Counted from the first letter of the stretch, positions 20,647-31,051 are shown. The stretch is 64,000 nt of DNA from Spirochaetia bacterium (GCA_965203905.1 CBDBDQ010000005.1:5952001-6016000); one strand, 5' to 3'. Notes: generated by a model not told the origin, from the sequence alone. Numbers and translations are program-made.

Positions 20647-21591
20647 ATGACAGAGTCATTGACCGTGCGGCCCCTGCCGGACGCGCCGTTCGGATCCGAG
20701 ATAACGGGCGCCGACCCCGGCAACTTTGCGGCACGCGAGCGGGAGTTGATCCGGGATGCGCACCGCGAGGGTCACGGACTGCTCTGCTTCTCGTTCGAGC
20801 GGTTGCTCGAAGCGGAGGAGCTGCATGCCCTCACCGCCGTGTTCGGCGAGAACGAATTCGCCCCGGGGAAGATCGACGGGATCGGCCGCGGCACCAGGTC
20901 CGGGCAGCCGCGGCGTACCGTCGAGGAGCAGGTGGCCGAGTTGCGCGCGCGCGGCGACGATCCCTACATGGCCTACATCGGCAACCTGGATCCTGCCACG
21001 CTGGAGGCGAAGCCGGTGGACGGAAAGTTCTACGGCGAGTGGGAGTGGCACACCGACATGTCCTACCTGGCGGTGCCTCCCACCTTCAGCCTGCTGCACG
21101 CCCGCGAGGTTCCCGAGGAGGGCGGCGACACCGGCTTCTGCAGCCAGGTGATGGCGGCGCGGCAGCTTCCGCCTGCGCTCCGGCAACGCGTGCTGGGCCG
21201 GGAGATCAAGCACGACTCCACGTACGGCAGCAGCGGCATCCTCAGGCCCGGCATGACGGTTCCCGCCTCACCCATCGAGGCCGAGGGGCACCCACATCCG
21301 ATAATCCGCCGGATACCGGGCACCGCGCAGGAGGCCCTGTTCCTCGGCCGTCGCACCAACGGCTACGTGCTCGGCATGCCGCTGGCGGAGAGCGAGCGGC
21401 TGCTCGACGAATTGTGGCGCCACGCTACGCAACCGCAATTCTGCTATCGGCACAAGTGGCGGGCGGGACAGGTGGTGGTTTGGGACAACCGGATGCTGCT
21501 GCACATGCGCTACCCGCTGGCCGGCGATGCCGTCCGCTTCATGTGGCGCACCCAGACCCGCGGCGAGGCGGTACTGCCCGCGGCAGGATAA
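20647..21591 (+). CDS. TauD/TfdA family dioxygenase
   Basis: WHTD, GGDTGF, WDNRMLLH.R. Confidence 0.9.
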   Translation: MTESLTVRPLPDAPFGSEITGADPGNFAARERELIRDAHREGHGLLCFSFERLLEAEELHALTAVFGENEFAPGKIDGIGRGTRSGQPRRTVEEQVAELRARGDDPYMAYIGNLDPATLEAKPVDGKFYGEWEWHTDMSYLAVPPTFSLLHAREVPEEGGDTGFCSQVMAARQLPPALRQRVLGREIKHDSTYGSSGILRPGMTVPASPIEAEGHPHPIIRRIPGTAQEALFLGRRTNGYVLGMPLAESERLLDELWRHATQPQFCYRHKWRAGQVVVWDNRMLLHMRYPLAGDAVRFMWRTQTRGEAVLPAAG

Positions 21592-21662
21592 CCCGGCGCA
21601 ACCCAGCCGTTACGCTGCGGCCCGCATCGGGCGGCAACTCGGCGGCGCAGAAGAGCTTGCAC

Positions 21663-23363
21663 TCAGCGGCGATGGAGCGCTATCCCCCAGGGATCCTCCA
21701 GTCCGCTGCCCACCACGTCCTCGACCTCGGAGCCGTCGAGGTTGGCGCGCTGGATCTTGTCCGTGCCCCAGTCGGTCCAGTACAGCTTGCCGCCAGCGGC
21801 ATCGAGCGCGATCGCCTGGGGATTCACCAGGCCCGCGGTCACCAGGTCCTCGACCGTGCTGCCGTCCAGCGCCGCCCGCTGGATCTTGTCGGTACGGCGA
21901 TCGGTCCAGTAGATCGCGCCGTCTCCGACCGCGATTCCCTGTGGATTGACCAGGCCGGCGTCCGCGGTCACCAGATCCTGCACGTCGCTGCCGTCCAGGG
22001 CGGCACGTTGAATCTTGGACGTTCCCTGGTCCGTCCAATACAGTCTCTGCCCGACACTGTCCACGGCGATGCCCTGAGGACTCACCAGCCCGTCCTCCCC
22101 GGTCAGCAGGTCTTCCACGCCGCTGCCGTCCAGGTTGGCGCGCTGAATCTTCGCCGTATGCGGATCGGTCCAATACAGCTTGCCGGCGGCCAGGTCCAGG
22201 GCGATCCCGAAGGCTCCGTACACATCGTCGAGCGCAAGCACCTCGCCGCCGGTGCCATCGAGGTTGAAGCGGCGGATCTCGTCGGGCTTGGCTTCCGATG
22301 CGTACACGTCGGTGGCGTAGATCTTGCCGCCGCTCGCATCCAGGGCGATATCGCGCGGATCGGAGATCCCCATGCTCACCAGGGACTCCACCTCGGAACC
22401 GTCCAGGTTGGCGCGCTGGATACCCTTGTCTACATCGGTCCAGTACAGCTTGCCGCCAGCGGTATCCAGGGCGACCTCGTAGGGAGCTCCCGGCCCGTCC
22501 GTGACGTCCTCGGTCTCCGAGCCGTCGAGATTGGCGCGCTGGACTCTGCCGAGTACGCGCTCGGTCCAGTACATCTTGCCGGCGGCGACATCCAGCGCCA
22601 AGCCGTCGCGCCGGGACTCCGCCAGCCCCGAGGTCTCGGGTGTTACCAGATCCTCGACCCCACTGCCATCCAGGTTGGCACGCTGAATCTTGTCCGAGGT
22701 GCGGTCGGTCCAGTACATCTTTCCGGCCGCGACGTCGAGCGCCAGGCCGCGCGGGCTCTGCAAACCCGCGATCACCAGGTCTTCGACCTGCGTGCCATCG
22801 AGATCGGAGCGCTGAATCTTCTCGGTGCCGGCGTCGGTCCAGTAGATCTTGCCGCCGGCAACGTCCAGGGCGATTCCATAGGGATTGTCGAGGGAAGTGA
22901 CCACCAGGTCTTCGACCTCGGAACCGTCGAGGTTGGCGCGCCGGATCTGGTTCGCGCCGTAGTCGGTCCAGTACAGCTTGCCGCCGCTGCCATCCACTGC
23001 CAGGCCGTTCGCGCGGGCGGTACGTACGAGGGTCTCGACTCCGCTGCCGTCGAGGTTGGCGCGCTGAATCCCCACGTCCCAGTCGGTCCAGTAGACCTTG
23101 CCGCCGGCCACCGCCAGTGCAATGCCGTACGGTTCGATCAACCCGTGCGGGAGCAGATTCTCGACCTGCGTGCCGTCCAGCCGCGCGCGCTGGATGGTGT
23201 TGCTCCCGGCGTCGGTCCAATAGATATGCCCCAAAGCAGGTCCCGGGTCCGGAGGCGTGGGCACCGAGGTCATGTCGCTGCAGCCGGCGGCCAGCAGTCC
23301 CAGCACGAGGAGAATGCCGAGGGACGATCCGTAGCGGCCAACGTTCGCGAACAACTTGTCCAT
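21663..23363 (-). CDS. Lipoprotein with 12 YWTD (LDL-receptor class B-like) repeats
   Basis: LAAGC lipobox; 12 repeats of GIALD..GK(I/L)YWTD....IQRANLDGS.VE. Confidence 0.88.
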   Translation of the reverse strand: MDKLFANVGRYGSSLGILLVLGLLAAGCSDMTSVPTPPDPGPALGHIYWTDAGSNTIQRARLDGTQVENLLPHGLIEPYGIALAVAGGKVYWTDWDVGIQRANLDGSGVETLVRTARANGLAVDGSGGKLYWTDYGANQIRRANLDGSEVEDLVVTSLDNPYGIALDVAGGKIYWTDAGTEKIQRSDLDGTQVEDLVIAGLQSPRGLALDVAAGKMYWTDRTSDKIQRANLDGSGVEDLVTPETSGLAESRRDGLALDVAAGKMYWTERVLGRVQRANLDGSETEDVTDGPGAPYEVALDTAGGKLYWTDVDKGIQRANLDGSEVESLVSMGISDPRDIALDASGGKIYATDVYASEAKPDEIRRFNLDGTGGEVLALDDVYGAFGIALDLAAGKLYWTDPHTAKIQRANLDGSGVEDLLTGEDGLVSPQGIAVDSVGQRLYWTDQGTSKIQRAALDGSDVQDLVTADAGLVNPQGIAVGDGAIYWTDRRTDKIQRAALDGSTVEDLVTAGLVNPQAIALDAAGGKLYWTDWGTDKIQRANLDGSEVEDVVGSGLEDPWGIALHRR

Positions 23364-23528
23364 AACCGTAGCATCGGCACCTGTTAGCGGCTTCGCGAGC
23401 CGTGCAGAATACGCCCCCGGCAGCCCCCGGCTTACGCTGCTGGCGAGACATTGCCCTGGTTGGCATGATGGTGCCGCGACGCCGGCGCGACCTGTTCGCG
23501 CCGGGTGTCCACTGAGAGGTATCCCCCC

Positions 23529-24965
23529 ATGTACGACGAGTTGCACCGCCCGCAGTTCCACTTCAGCCCGCGCCACTCGTGGATGAACGATCCCAATGGG
23601 CTGGTCTTCTACCGCGGCGAGTACCACCTGTTCTTTCAGCACACGCCGGGATTCATGAACCACGCGGCCAACTCCTGGGGGCACGCGGTAAGCACCGACC
23701 TGGTGCACTGGCGGGAACTCGATACCGCCATCGCCCCGGACGAGTACGGCTACATCTGGTCCGGCTCCGGGGTCGTCGATGCCGACGACAGCGCCGGGTT
23801 GGCCGAGGGCGATGAACACGCACTGGTGGCGATCTACACCACCGGAGGCTTCGGCGCGCCGCGGCCCAACCAGCCGGACGCCAATCCGTGCGTGCAGGCG
23901 ATCGCCTACAGCACCGACCGCGGGCGCAGTTTCCGGCGCTTCGCCGGCAACCCCGTGCTCGGCCACCTGCGGGCCAACAACCGCGACCCCAAGGTGATCC
24001 GGCACGCGCCCACCGGCCAGTGGATCATGGCGCTGTTCCTGGACGGCAACGACTTCGTCCTGTACGGCTCACCCGACCTGAAGCAGTGGCGCCACCTGTG
24101 CGAGCTGGAGGTAGCGGATACCGGCGAGTGCCCCGACCTGTTCGAGCTGCCGGTCGACGGCGACCCGGACGACACCCGCTGGGTGTTCTGGGGCGCCGCC
24201 GGCGTCTACCGCCTGGGCCGCTTCGACGGGACGACCTTCACTCCCGAGACCCCGGCGCTGCGCTGCGAGCTGGGCCGCAACGGCTACGCCGCCCAGACCT
24301 GGAGCGACGTGCCGCCCGAGGATGGCCGCCGCATCCAGATCTCCTGGATGCGCGACGGGCATTTTCCGGCCATGCCGTTCAACGGCCAGATGTCGTTTCC
24401 GGTCGAGCTGACTCTGTGCTCCACGCCGCTCGGCGTGCGGCTGTGCCGGCGGCCGGTAAAGGAACTGGAACTGCTGCACCGGCGCACGCTGCGCTGGGAG
24501 GAGCACCGCCTCAGGCCCGGCCTGAACCGCCACGACCTGTACCACGTCCACGGCCCGGGCTGGCAGAGCCGGCTCGCCGCCGAGTACCGCAACCTGGCGC
24601 CCGACACCACCTGGGACCTGTTTCACATCGAAGCGGTGATCGATCCCGATGCCGCAGCCGCGTTCGGGATCATCATCCGCGGCCACGACCTGCGCTACGA
24701 CGTCGCCGGGGGCAGTTTCACCTGGCTCGGCCAGACCATACCGGCGTCCCGCGACGGTGACGGGTACCTGCGGCTGCAACTCCTGGTGGACCGCACCTCG
24801 CTGGAGCTGTTCGCCGCCGGCGGCCTGGTGTCGGCATCGTTCTGCTTCCTGCCGGCCGCGTGCGACATGCCGCTGGAGCTGTACGCGGTGGGAGGGAGCG
24901 TGCGCCTGGTCTCGCTGGCGGTTCACGAGCTGAACTCCGCCTGGAACCGGGCGGTCAGGTCATGA
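23529..24965 (+). CDS. Glycoside hydrolase family 32 (levanase/fructan hydrolase-like)
   Basis: WMNDPNG, WGHAVS.DL, WSGSG, RDPKV, ECPDLF. Confidence 0.93.
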   Translation: MYDELHRPQFHFSPRHSWMNDPNGLVFYRGEYHLFFQHTPGFMNHAANSWGHAVSTDLVHWRELDTAIAPDEYGYIWSGSGVVDADDSAGLAEGDEHALVAIYTTGGFGAPRPNQPDANPCVQAIAYSTDRGRSFRRFAGNPVLGHLRANNRDPKVIRHAPTGQWIMALFLDGNDFVLYGSPDLKQWRHLCELEVADTGECPDLFELPVDGDPDDTRWVFWGAAGVYRLGRFDGTTFTPETPALRCELGRNGYAAQTWSDVPPEDGRRIQISWMRDGHFPAMPFNGQMSFPVELTLCSTPLGVRLCRRPVKELELLHRRTLRWEEHRLRPGLNRHDLYHVHGPGWQSRLAAEYRNLAPDTTWDLFHIEAVIDPDAAAAFGIIIRGHDLRYDVAGGSFTWLGQTIPASRDGDGYLRLQLLVDRTSLELFAAGGLVSASFCFLPAACDMPLELYAVGGSVRLVSLAVHELNSAWNRAVRS

Positions 24966-25746
24966 TGGCGCCGGCGGTGACGTTGAGCGCCTGGCCGGTC
25001 ATGGCCGAGGAATCGTCGCAGGCCAGGAACAGGGTGACCTGAGCGCACTCCTCAATGGTGGCGAAGCGTCCCATGGGCGACTCCGCCTCCCACTCGTGTT
25101 GCACCTCCGCACTGGTGATGCCACGCGCCGCGGCCATCTCCTCCATGGAACCGAGCAAGCGCTCGGTCAACACCGGCCCGGGACACACCGCGTTCACCCT
25201 GACCCCGCTACCGGCCAGCTCCAGGGCAAGGGTCTGAGTCAGACCGTGCAGCGCCCACTTGGCGCAGACGTAGGGAGCACGGTTGCGGAAGCCGCGCCGC
25301 CCCACGTTGGAGGAGATGTTGACGATGGTGCCGCCGCCCCGCTTGAGGTGGGGAATCGCCTCCCGGCAGCACAGCATCGCGCCGGTGAGGTTGACGGCAA
25401 GTGCGTGGTTCCAGCGCCCCAGGTCGAGATCCTCCACCGCGCCCACCTGGCCCACTATGCTGGCGTTGTTCACCAGCACGTCCAGACCGCCCAGCGCGGC
25501 GGCGGCGCCGGCTACCATGCGCCGCACGTCGGCCTCCACGCCGATGTCACCCGGCAGCACGCAGCAGCGGCCGCCTGCTGCTTCGATTACGGCGCACACG
25601 GCTGCCAAGGGCGCTCCGCGGCGGCCGCACAGCGCCAGCGCCGCCCCTTCGCGGGCGAAACGCAGGGCGATGCCGCGGCCGATGCCGCTACCGCCGCCGG
25701 TTATCAAGGCCGCCTTGCCGGCCAGCTTGCCATTGGTCTGCGCCAT
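24955..25746 (-). CDS. SDR family oxidoreductase
   Basis: TGGGSGIG, NNA, YVCAK, VNAVCPG. Confidence 0.92.
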   Translation of the reverse strand: MAQTNGKLAGKAALITGGGSGIGRGIALRFAREGAALALCGRRGAPLAAVCAVIEAAGGRCCVLPGDIGVEADVRRMVAGAAAALGGLDVLVNNASIVGQVGAVEDLDLGRWNHALAVNLTGAMLCCREAIPHLKRGGGTIVNISSNVGRRGFRNRAPYVCAKWALHGLTQTLALELAGSGVRVNAVCPGPVLTERLLGSMEEMAAARGITSAEVQHEWEAESPMGRFATIEECAQVTLFLACDDSSAMTGQALNVTAGAIMT

Positions 25747-25777
25747 TTTCCTCCTTCGCCACCGCTCGCGCGGTGAA

Positions 25778-27325
25778 TCAGCCGCCGCCGGCGCGCTCGC
25801 GCTCGGCCCGTCGCACCTGCTGCTCCTCGATCAGATCGCGGCGCAGCCGGCGGTAGCGCTCCAGCCGAGGCCGGTACTCCGAGTGCGCACTCGGATCTGG
25901 CACTACCGGCTCGCCGTGCGTACAGCATGCCGCCACCGCCTCGTCCAGGCTGCGCCACCAACCGGCCGCCATCCCGGCCAGCAGCGCCACCCCCAGGGCT
26001 CCCGGCTCGGCGCCGCCCGTTATCACAAACGAGCGTCCGGTGACGTCGGCCACGATCCGGGGCCATGCCGTGCTCTGCGCCCCGCCCCCCAGCAGGGTAA
26101 TCGGTTCCGCGAATGCCGGCAGCAACTCCAGGCAATCCGCCACCGCGAACGCCAGCCCCTCGTAGATGGCGCGCAGGATGTCCCAGCGCGTGTGCTCCAG
26201 GCCCAGTCCCGACAGCCGGCCGCGCGTGCGCGGCTCGTACACCGGCGCCAGCACCCCGGTACCGTTCAGGTAAGGGTGGAACAGCACGCCGCGGGCACCG
26301 CGCGGCACCTCGGCCACCGCCGCGTCCAGCGCTGCTGCGTCCAGCCCCGAAGCGGCGAACTCGCGCCGGAACCAGTCCAGGGCCAGGGTGCCGGTCTGGT
26401 TCGGCATGGTGCGCGTCCAGCGGTCCGGCGGAATCACGAAGCTCAACCCCACCCCCGCGGGTTCCCACACCGGTCGCTCGGTCACCACGCTATTGAGGCA
26501 CGACGAGCCAATGATGGTGCCGGCTTGTCCCGGCACCACCACGCCGCCGCCCACCAGCGCCGCCGACACGTCGGCCAACCCGGTGACTACCGGCGTACCG
26601 GCAGGAAGCCCGGTGTCCGTGGCCGCCGCCGCCGTCACGCGCCCGGCCACCGCGCCGGAGGGCAACACCGGCGGCAACCGGGCGTGCAACTCCCCCAGCC
26701 CCCATTCCTCCATCAACCGCGGCGAGAACGTGCGCTGCAGAGCATCCCCCGGCGCATGGCTGGCGTCGCTGCCGTCGGTGGCCGCCTCGCCGGTGAGGCG
26801 CAAGCGGAGCCAGTCCTTGGCGAACAGCAGGGTGCGCGTCCGCTCCAGCGCCGCCGGTTCATGGTCGCGCAGCCAGCGCAGCACCACCAGCGTGAACCCC
26901 GGCGTGAGCGCATTGCAGGAGACGGCGAAGCTGCGTTCGAGCAGGCCGGCCTCCCGCACCTCGTCCAGCACGGTCACGGCGCGCGCATCGTGCCACGCGA
27001 TGGCGTTGCGTACCGGGCGGCCGTCCCGATCCACAAGCCACGCCCCACCCATGAACGCGCTGATGCCGATGGCCCGAACCGAATCGCCGCCGCCGAGCCG
27101 GCCGGTGAGCTCGCGCAGGGCGGCCGCGACCTGCCGCCAAAGCCCCTCCATCTCCACCTCGACCCAGCCCGGCCGCGGGTTCTCACACACCGTCGCAGCC
27201 TCCGCCAGGGCCACTTCCCTGCCATGCGCATCGAATGCGGCCGCCTTGATCCGCGTGGTGCCGACATCCACGCCGACCACCACCTCCGCCGGCCGGCGGC
27301 GTGTGCCTGGCCTAATGGCGGCCAC
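25778..27325 (-). CDS. FGGY family carbohydrate kinase
   Basis: GVDVGTTRIKA, AIAWHDARA, KDWLRLRLTG, EGLAF, GGGAQS. Confidence 0.9.
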   Translation of the reverse strand: MAAIRPGTRRRPAEVVVGVDVGTTRIKAAAFDAHGREVALAEAATVCENPRPGWVEVEMEGLWRQVAAALRELTGRLGGGDSVRAIGISAFMGGAWLVDRDGRPVRNAIAWHDARAVTVLDEVREAGLLERSFAVSCNALTPGFTLVVLRWLRDHEPAALERTRTLLFAKDWLRLRLTGEAATDGSDASHAPGDALQRTFSPRLMEEWGLGELHARLPPVLPSGAVAGRVTAAAATDTGLPAGTPVVTGLADVSAALVGGGVVVPGQAGTIIGSSCLNSVVTERPVWEPAGVGLSFVIPPDRWTRTMPNQTGTLALDWFRREFAASGLDAAALDAAVAEVPRGARGVLFHPYLNGTGVLAPVYEPRTRGRLSGLGLEHTRWDILRAIYEGLAFAVADCLELLPAFAEPITLLGGGAQSTAWPRIVADVTGRSFVITGGAEPGALGVALLAGMAAGWWRSLDEAVAACCTHGEPVVPDPSAHSEYRPRLERYRRLRRDLIEEQQVRRAERERAGGG

Positions 27326-27863
27326 CCTGCACGGCCCCCTTCGCCGTTTCCATGGTCTTCCGTGTCCCGGAGAGCCGGCCCTCGTCGTCGATCAGGACTA
27401 CGCGAGAAGGTCGGCCGGCGCTCCAACGCCATAGCACAAGATTGAGGTCGTCGAGGGAGGCGCCGGCGGCATAGCTCCGGACTCTCATACCTGCGTAGCC
27501 CGCTGCGATCAGCCGGTCAGCGAGAGCCTGCGACGCTGGGACCGTACCGGCGAGCATTTCCGCTTCCCACGTGGGGCACGCGAGATCGGACTCCATCACC
27601 CGCAACGCCCGGCGCCGCTCCTGGTCCAGTGCATCGAACACCGGCTCGACATCGATCTCGCAGTCGCACAGCGTGAGCGGCTGCAGCGGGCGGCCGAACG
27701 GCTGCGCTTCGCGTATGGCGACGAGCGGAGCGAGCGAGGTATAGAGGGCGGGCACGCCGCGCCGGTTGAATCGTCCGCCGTGCCGACGAGCGCCTTCGCC
27801 GGATGTTGGCGTCCATGACCACTGTGGATTGTGAGCCCGGTACACCAGCGACCGGAACCGCAT
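27312..27863 (-). CDS. RES domain toxin (NAD+ phosphorylase-like)
   Basis: SGEGARRHGGRFN..G..ALYTS, E and S residues, NLVLW. Confidence 0.85.
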   Translation of the reverse strand: MRFRSLVYRAHNPQWSWTPTSGEGARRHGGRFNRRGVPALYTSLAPLVAIREAQPFGRPLQPLTLCDCEIDVEPVFDALDQERRRALRVMESDLACPTWEAEMLAGTVPASQALADRLIAAGYAGMRVRSYAAGASLDDLNLVLWRWSAGRPSRVVLIDDEGRLSGTRKTMETAKGAVQGGRH

Positions 27864-27878
27864 CAGGAGAACGCAGAA

Positions 27879-28241
27879 TCAGGCATAGCCGCCGGCCAGG
27901 ATGCGGTCCAGATAGGCATGCACCTGATCGGCCCTGCCCTCGCGTACCAGGAGATCAGGGGTAGCGCCGCCGAAGCCGGGCAGCGGCTCGGCGCGAAACC
28001 AGGCGTACGCCGCGAGCAGCGACCCGGTGGCCGCTTCCACGCGATTGAGAATCTCCAGCATCTGGCGCAGTCGAACCTGGGTCTTGCGCGCTCGGACCCG
28101 CGACGCGCGCGTGAACGCATCCTTGCCGAGGCCCAGCGTACCGGCAATCTCCGACTTGGTGGTACGCAGCCTGGCGGCGACCAGCGTGGGCGAGAACACC
28201 TGGTCCTCAACGTATTCTTGAAACCTCATCTTCTTTGACAT
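27879..28241 (-). CDS. Xre/MbcA/ParS-like antitoxin
   Basis: AYAWFRAEPLPGFGGATP..LV..G..V..YL; upstream of the RES gene. Confidence 0.85.
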   Translation of the reverse strand: MSKKMRFQEYVEDQVFSPTLVAARLRTTKSEIAGTLGLGKDAFTRASRVRARKTQVRLRQMLEILNRVEAATGSLLAAYAWFRAEPLPGFGGATPDLLVREGRADQVHAYLDRILAGGYA

Positions 28242-28304
28242 ACTATAGCGTGATTCTGATTGTTCCTCAAAGAGGCTGCTTCTGGGGTCTTGTAAAGGGT
28301 CTGT

Positions 28305-28604
28305 ATGAAAAACGAGGATGAAGCCGTGGAGCTCACGGAGAGCCAGTTCGCAACCGCGATTCCGGCAAGTGTTCGCAGACGCCTTATGGGGAGTCGGTTC
28401 GAATCCGGTGCGGACGTGGTGGCGCTACGGCGGTTTGTCGGACTTACGCAGGTTCAGTTCGCAGCCGCGCTCGGTATCAGTGTTCACACCCTGCGCAATT
28501 GGGAACAGGACCGCCGCCGTCCAGAGGGGCCGGCGCTGGCTCTACTGCGCATCGCTGCGCGGCACCCGCGAGTCATCCGCGAGAACACCGAATCGGTGGC
28601 ATGA
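28305..28604 (+). CDS. XRE-family HTH protein (HigA/NadS-like orphan antitoxin)
   Basis: LTQVQFAAALGISVHTLRNWEQ.RR.PEGPA.ALL. Confidence 0.85.
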   Translation: MKNEDEAVELTESQFATAIPASVRRRLMGSRFESGADVVALRRFVGLTQVQFAAALGISVHTLRNWEQDRRRPEGPALALLRIAARHPRVIRENTESVA

Positions 28605-28717
28605 GGGCGATGCAGCTCGTCCTCTACGGGGGAACGGTTGTGGGCGTTGATCCCGGTTCGGTGGCGCAGGCCTTGGCAGCAGCGGCACGGCAGGCGCGCG
28701 CTGAAGCCCAGTAGCGG

Positions 28718-29842
28718 TCAGCGGTAGGGGTCGGCGGCGTCGCGCAGGCCGTCGCCGACGAAGTTGAAGGCCAGCACGCTGACCACCACGAAGAGGCCGG
28801 GAATCAGCAGCCACGAGTGGTTGGCCAGCGACTGCAGATTCTGGGCGTCCTGCAGCAGCACTCCCCAGCTCACCACCGGCGGTTGCAGGCCCAGGCCGAG
28901 AAAGCTCAGGGCGGTCTCGCCGAGGATCATGTTGGGCACCGCCAGGGTAAGGCTGACGATCAGGTAGCTCATGAACGACGGCAGCAGGTGGCGGAAGATG
29001 ATGCTGGCCTTGGTGGCCCCGGCCACGGAGGCGGCCATCACGAAGTCCTCCTCGCGCAGGCTGATCAGCTTGCCGCGCACCACCCGCGCCAACTGCGACC
29101 AGCCGATGATGCCGAGGATGATGGTGATGGCGAAGTAGATGCGCAGCGACGGCCAGTCGTGCGGCAGCGCCGCCGCCAGCCCCATCCAGAACGGGATCAC
29201 CGGAATCGAGATCAGGAACTCGATGATGCGCTGGATGATCAGATCGGGCACGCCGCCGTAATAACCGGAGATGCCACCCAGCAGGCAGCCGAGCACGAAA
29301 CTGACCGCCACCCCGATCAGGCCGATGGAAAGCGAGATGCGGATGGCGTACAGGTTGCGCGAGAAGAGGTCGCGCCCGAGCTTGTCGGTGCCAAACGGGA
29401 AGAACACGCCCTCCTCCACTCCGAGCAGGTGCACGTCAGCGTCGAACAGTCCCCACATGCGGTACTCGTCGCCGCGCACGAACAGGCGCAGGGGGTGGAT
29501 CAGCGCGTGGTCCTCGGTGTAGATCCGCTCCAGCGTGTTCATGTCCAGCTCCCGCTGCAGGCCATACACGAACGGGCGCAGGTGCAGCCGGCCGGTGTGA
29601 TCGATCAGGCGCGCGCGCTGCGGCGGAGTGAAGATGTACTCCGTGAAGCGCGTGTCGGGACGGTAGGGGGCTATGAATTCCGCCAGAGTCGCGGCTAGGT
29701 AGAACAGCGCCAGCAGGACGGCAGCCGCCATGGCCAGCCGGTGGCGCTTGAACTTGCGCCACATGAGCTGGGTCTGCGAGGAGAGGTAGTACCGTTCCTG
29801 TGCGTCGGCCGTGATCGGAGCAGTCGGTGCCGCGTCTGCCAT
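28718..29842 (-). CDS. ABC transporter permease (OppC/DppC-like)
   Basis: GTDKLGRDLFSR, EAA-like loop, ETALSFLGLG. Confidence 0.93.
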   Translation of the reverse strand: MADAAPTAPITADAQERYYLSSQTQLMWRKFKRHRLAMAAAVLLALFYLAATLAEFIAPYRPDTRFTEYIFTPPQRARLIDHTGRLHLRPFVYGLQRELDMNTLERIYTEDHALIHPLRLFVRGDEYRMWGLFDADVHLLGVEEGVFFPFGTDKLGRDLFSRNLYAIRISLSIGLIGVAVSFVLGCLLGGISGYYGGVPDLIIQRIIEFLISIPVIPFWMGLAAALPHDWPSLRIYFAITIILGIIGWSQLARVVRGKLISLREEDFVMAASVAGATKASIIFRHLLPSFMSYLIVSLTLAVPNMILGETALSFLGLGLQPPVVSWGVLLQDAQNLQSLANHSWLLIPGLFVVVSVLAFNFVGDGLRDAADPYR

Positions 29843-29858
29843 ACGCGTTCCTGACTAC

Positions 29859-30854
29859 CTAGCGCTCGGCGCGCTCGAAGCGGATGCGCGGATCCACCCA
29901 CATCAGCATCAGGTCGGAGATGAACGCACCCAGCACCGCCAGGATGGTGATCATCACGATGATGGTGCCGGCCAGGAACATGTCCTGGGTCAGCAGCGCG
30001 CGCAGCAGCAGCGGGCCGAGGGTTGGCAGGTTGAGCACCACCGCAACGATGACCGCTCCCGACACGATCTGCGGCAACTGCCAGCTTACCGAGCTGATGA
30101 TCGGGTTGATTGCCAGGCGCACCGGGTAGCGGAACAGCAGCACGCGCTCGTGCAGCCCCTTGGAGCGCGCCGTGACCACGTACTGCTTGCGCAGCTCGTC
30201 CAGCAGCGACCCGCGCATCACGCGAATCAGGCCGGCCGTACCCGACAGCCCGATCACCAGCAGCGGCACGGGTAGGTGCTTGAGCATGTCGATGACGCGC
30301 GCCACCGACCACGGCTCGTTGATGAACTCGGACGAAAACAGCCCGACCACCGCGATGTCGAACACGACGAAGAACAGGTACAGCAGGATCAGGGCGAACA
30401 GGAAGTTGGGCAGCGCCAGCCCCACGAATCCGACCACGGTGAAGGCGTAGTCGGTAAACGAATACTGATGGACGGCCGAGTAGATGCCGATCGGGATCGC
30501 CAGCAGGTAGGAGATGAACAGGGTGAGCAGCGAGATGGTGACGGTGAGCGCCAGGCGCTCGCCGATCAGCTCGCTGACGGGGCGGTTCCAGCCAAAGGAG
30601 AGGCCGAAATCGCCCTGGACCAGGTTACCGAGCCAGCGTAGATACTGCGCAAACGGTGACAGGTCCAGGCCGTAGCGGCGCCGCAGGTTGTCCACGGTGG
30701 CCTCGTCCACTACCTCGCCCGATGCCTCCAGCTCCAGGATGTACAGCGTGAGGAAGTCGCCGGGCGGCAGTTGGATGATCATGAAGCCGACCACGGTTAC
30801 CGCGAGGACGGTGAACAGCATGAAGATGCCGCGGCGGGCGAAGGAAGCGAGCAT
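29859..30854 (-). CDS. ABC transporter permease (OppB/DppB-like)
   Basis: QLPPGD, YVVTARSKGL, VDPRIR. Confidence 0.93.
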   Translation of the reverse strand: MLASFARRGIFMLFTVLAVTVVGFMIIQLPPGDFLTLYILELEASGEVVDEATVDNLRRRYGLDLSPFAQYLRWLGNLVQGDFGLSFGWNRPVSELIGERLALTVTISLLTLFISYLLAIPIGIYSAVHQYSFTDYAFTVVGFVGLALPNFLFALILLYLFFVVFDIAVVGLFSSEFINEPWSVARVIDMLKHLPVPLLVIGLSGTAGLIRVMRGSLLDELRKQYVVTARSKGLHERVLLFRYPVRLAINPIISSVSWQLPQIVSGAVIVAVVLNLPTLGPLLLRALLTQDMFLAGTIIVMITILAVLGAFISDLMLMWVDPRIRFERAER

Positions 30855-30866
30855 GGGCAACCAAAG

Positions 30867-30895
30867 GTCGTACTGCGTCCGGTGCGGCCTGTCAA
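30867..30895 (-). promoter_or_regulatory. sigma70-like promoter for the permease operon
   Basis: TTGACA-N17-TACGAC on the minus strand just upstream of ATG 30854. Confidence 0.55.
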
Positions 30896-31000
30896 GAATC
30901 CGCGCCGTTCGGCCGTTCGGGGCCGTCGGACCGTTCGGGCCGCGGTCGCACCTCGGCGCGCACACGCACACGCGCCCGCGCCGCCCGCGCCGCGGCCAAC

Positions 31001-31029
31001 TGGACAGCGCGTTGGCGCCGGCACATAAT
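31001..31029 (+). promoter_or_regulatory. sigma70-like promoter for the SBP-sulfatase operon
   Basis: TGGACA-N17-CATAAT, followed by AGGAGG RBS. Confidence 0.5.
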
Positions 31030-31051
31030 GTCGGATTCCAGGAGGCCTGAC

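Noticed and set aside
21663-23250. Periodic GGTCCAGTA repeats as a possible CRISPR array
   Set aside because: They are the coding YWTD repeats, and no cas genes are present.
21039-23466. Long alternative ORFs (782 aa on +, 618 aa on -) over the YWTD gene
   Set aside because: Shadow frames of a GC-rich repetitive gene with no independent motifs; the same applies to most long antisense ORFs in the track.
28601-28714. Short ORF MQLVLYGGTVVGVDPGSVAQALA resembling an amidohydrolase N-terminus
   Set aside because: Too short for a confident call.
30904-30942. Four short CCGT(T)CGG repeats between divergent promoters
   Set aside because: Too short and GC-rich to distinguish from chance; possibly an operator but unsupported.
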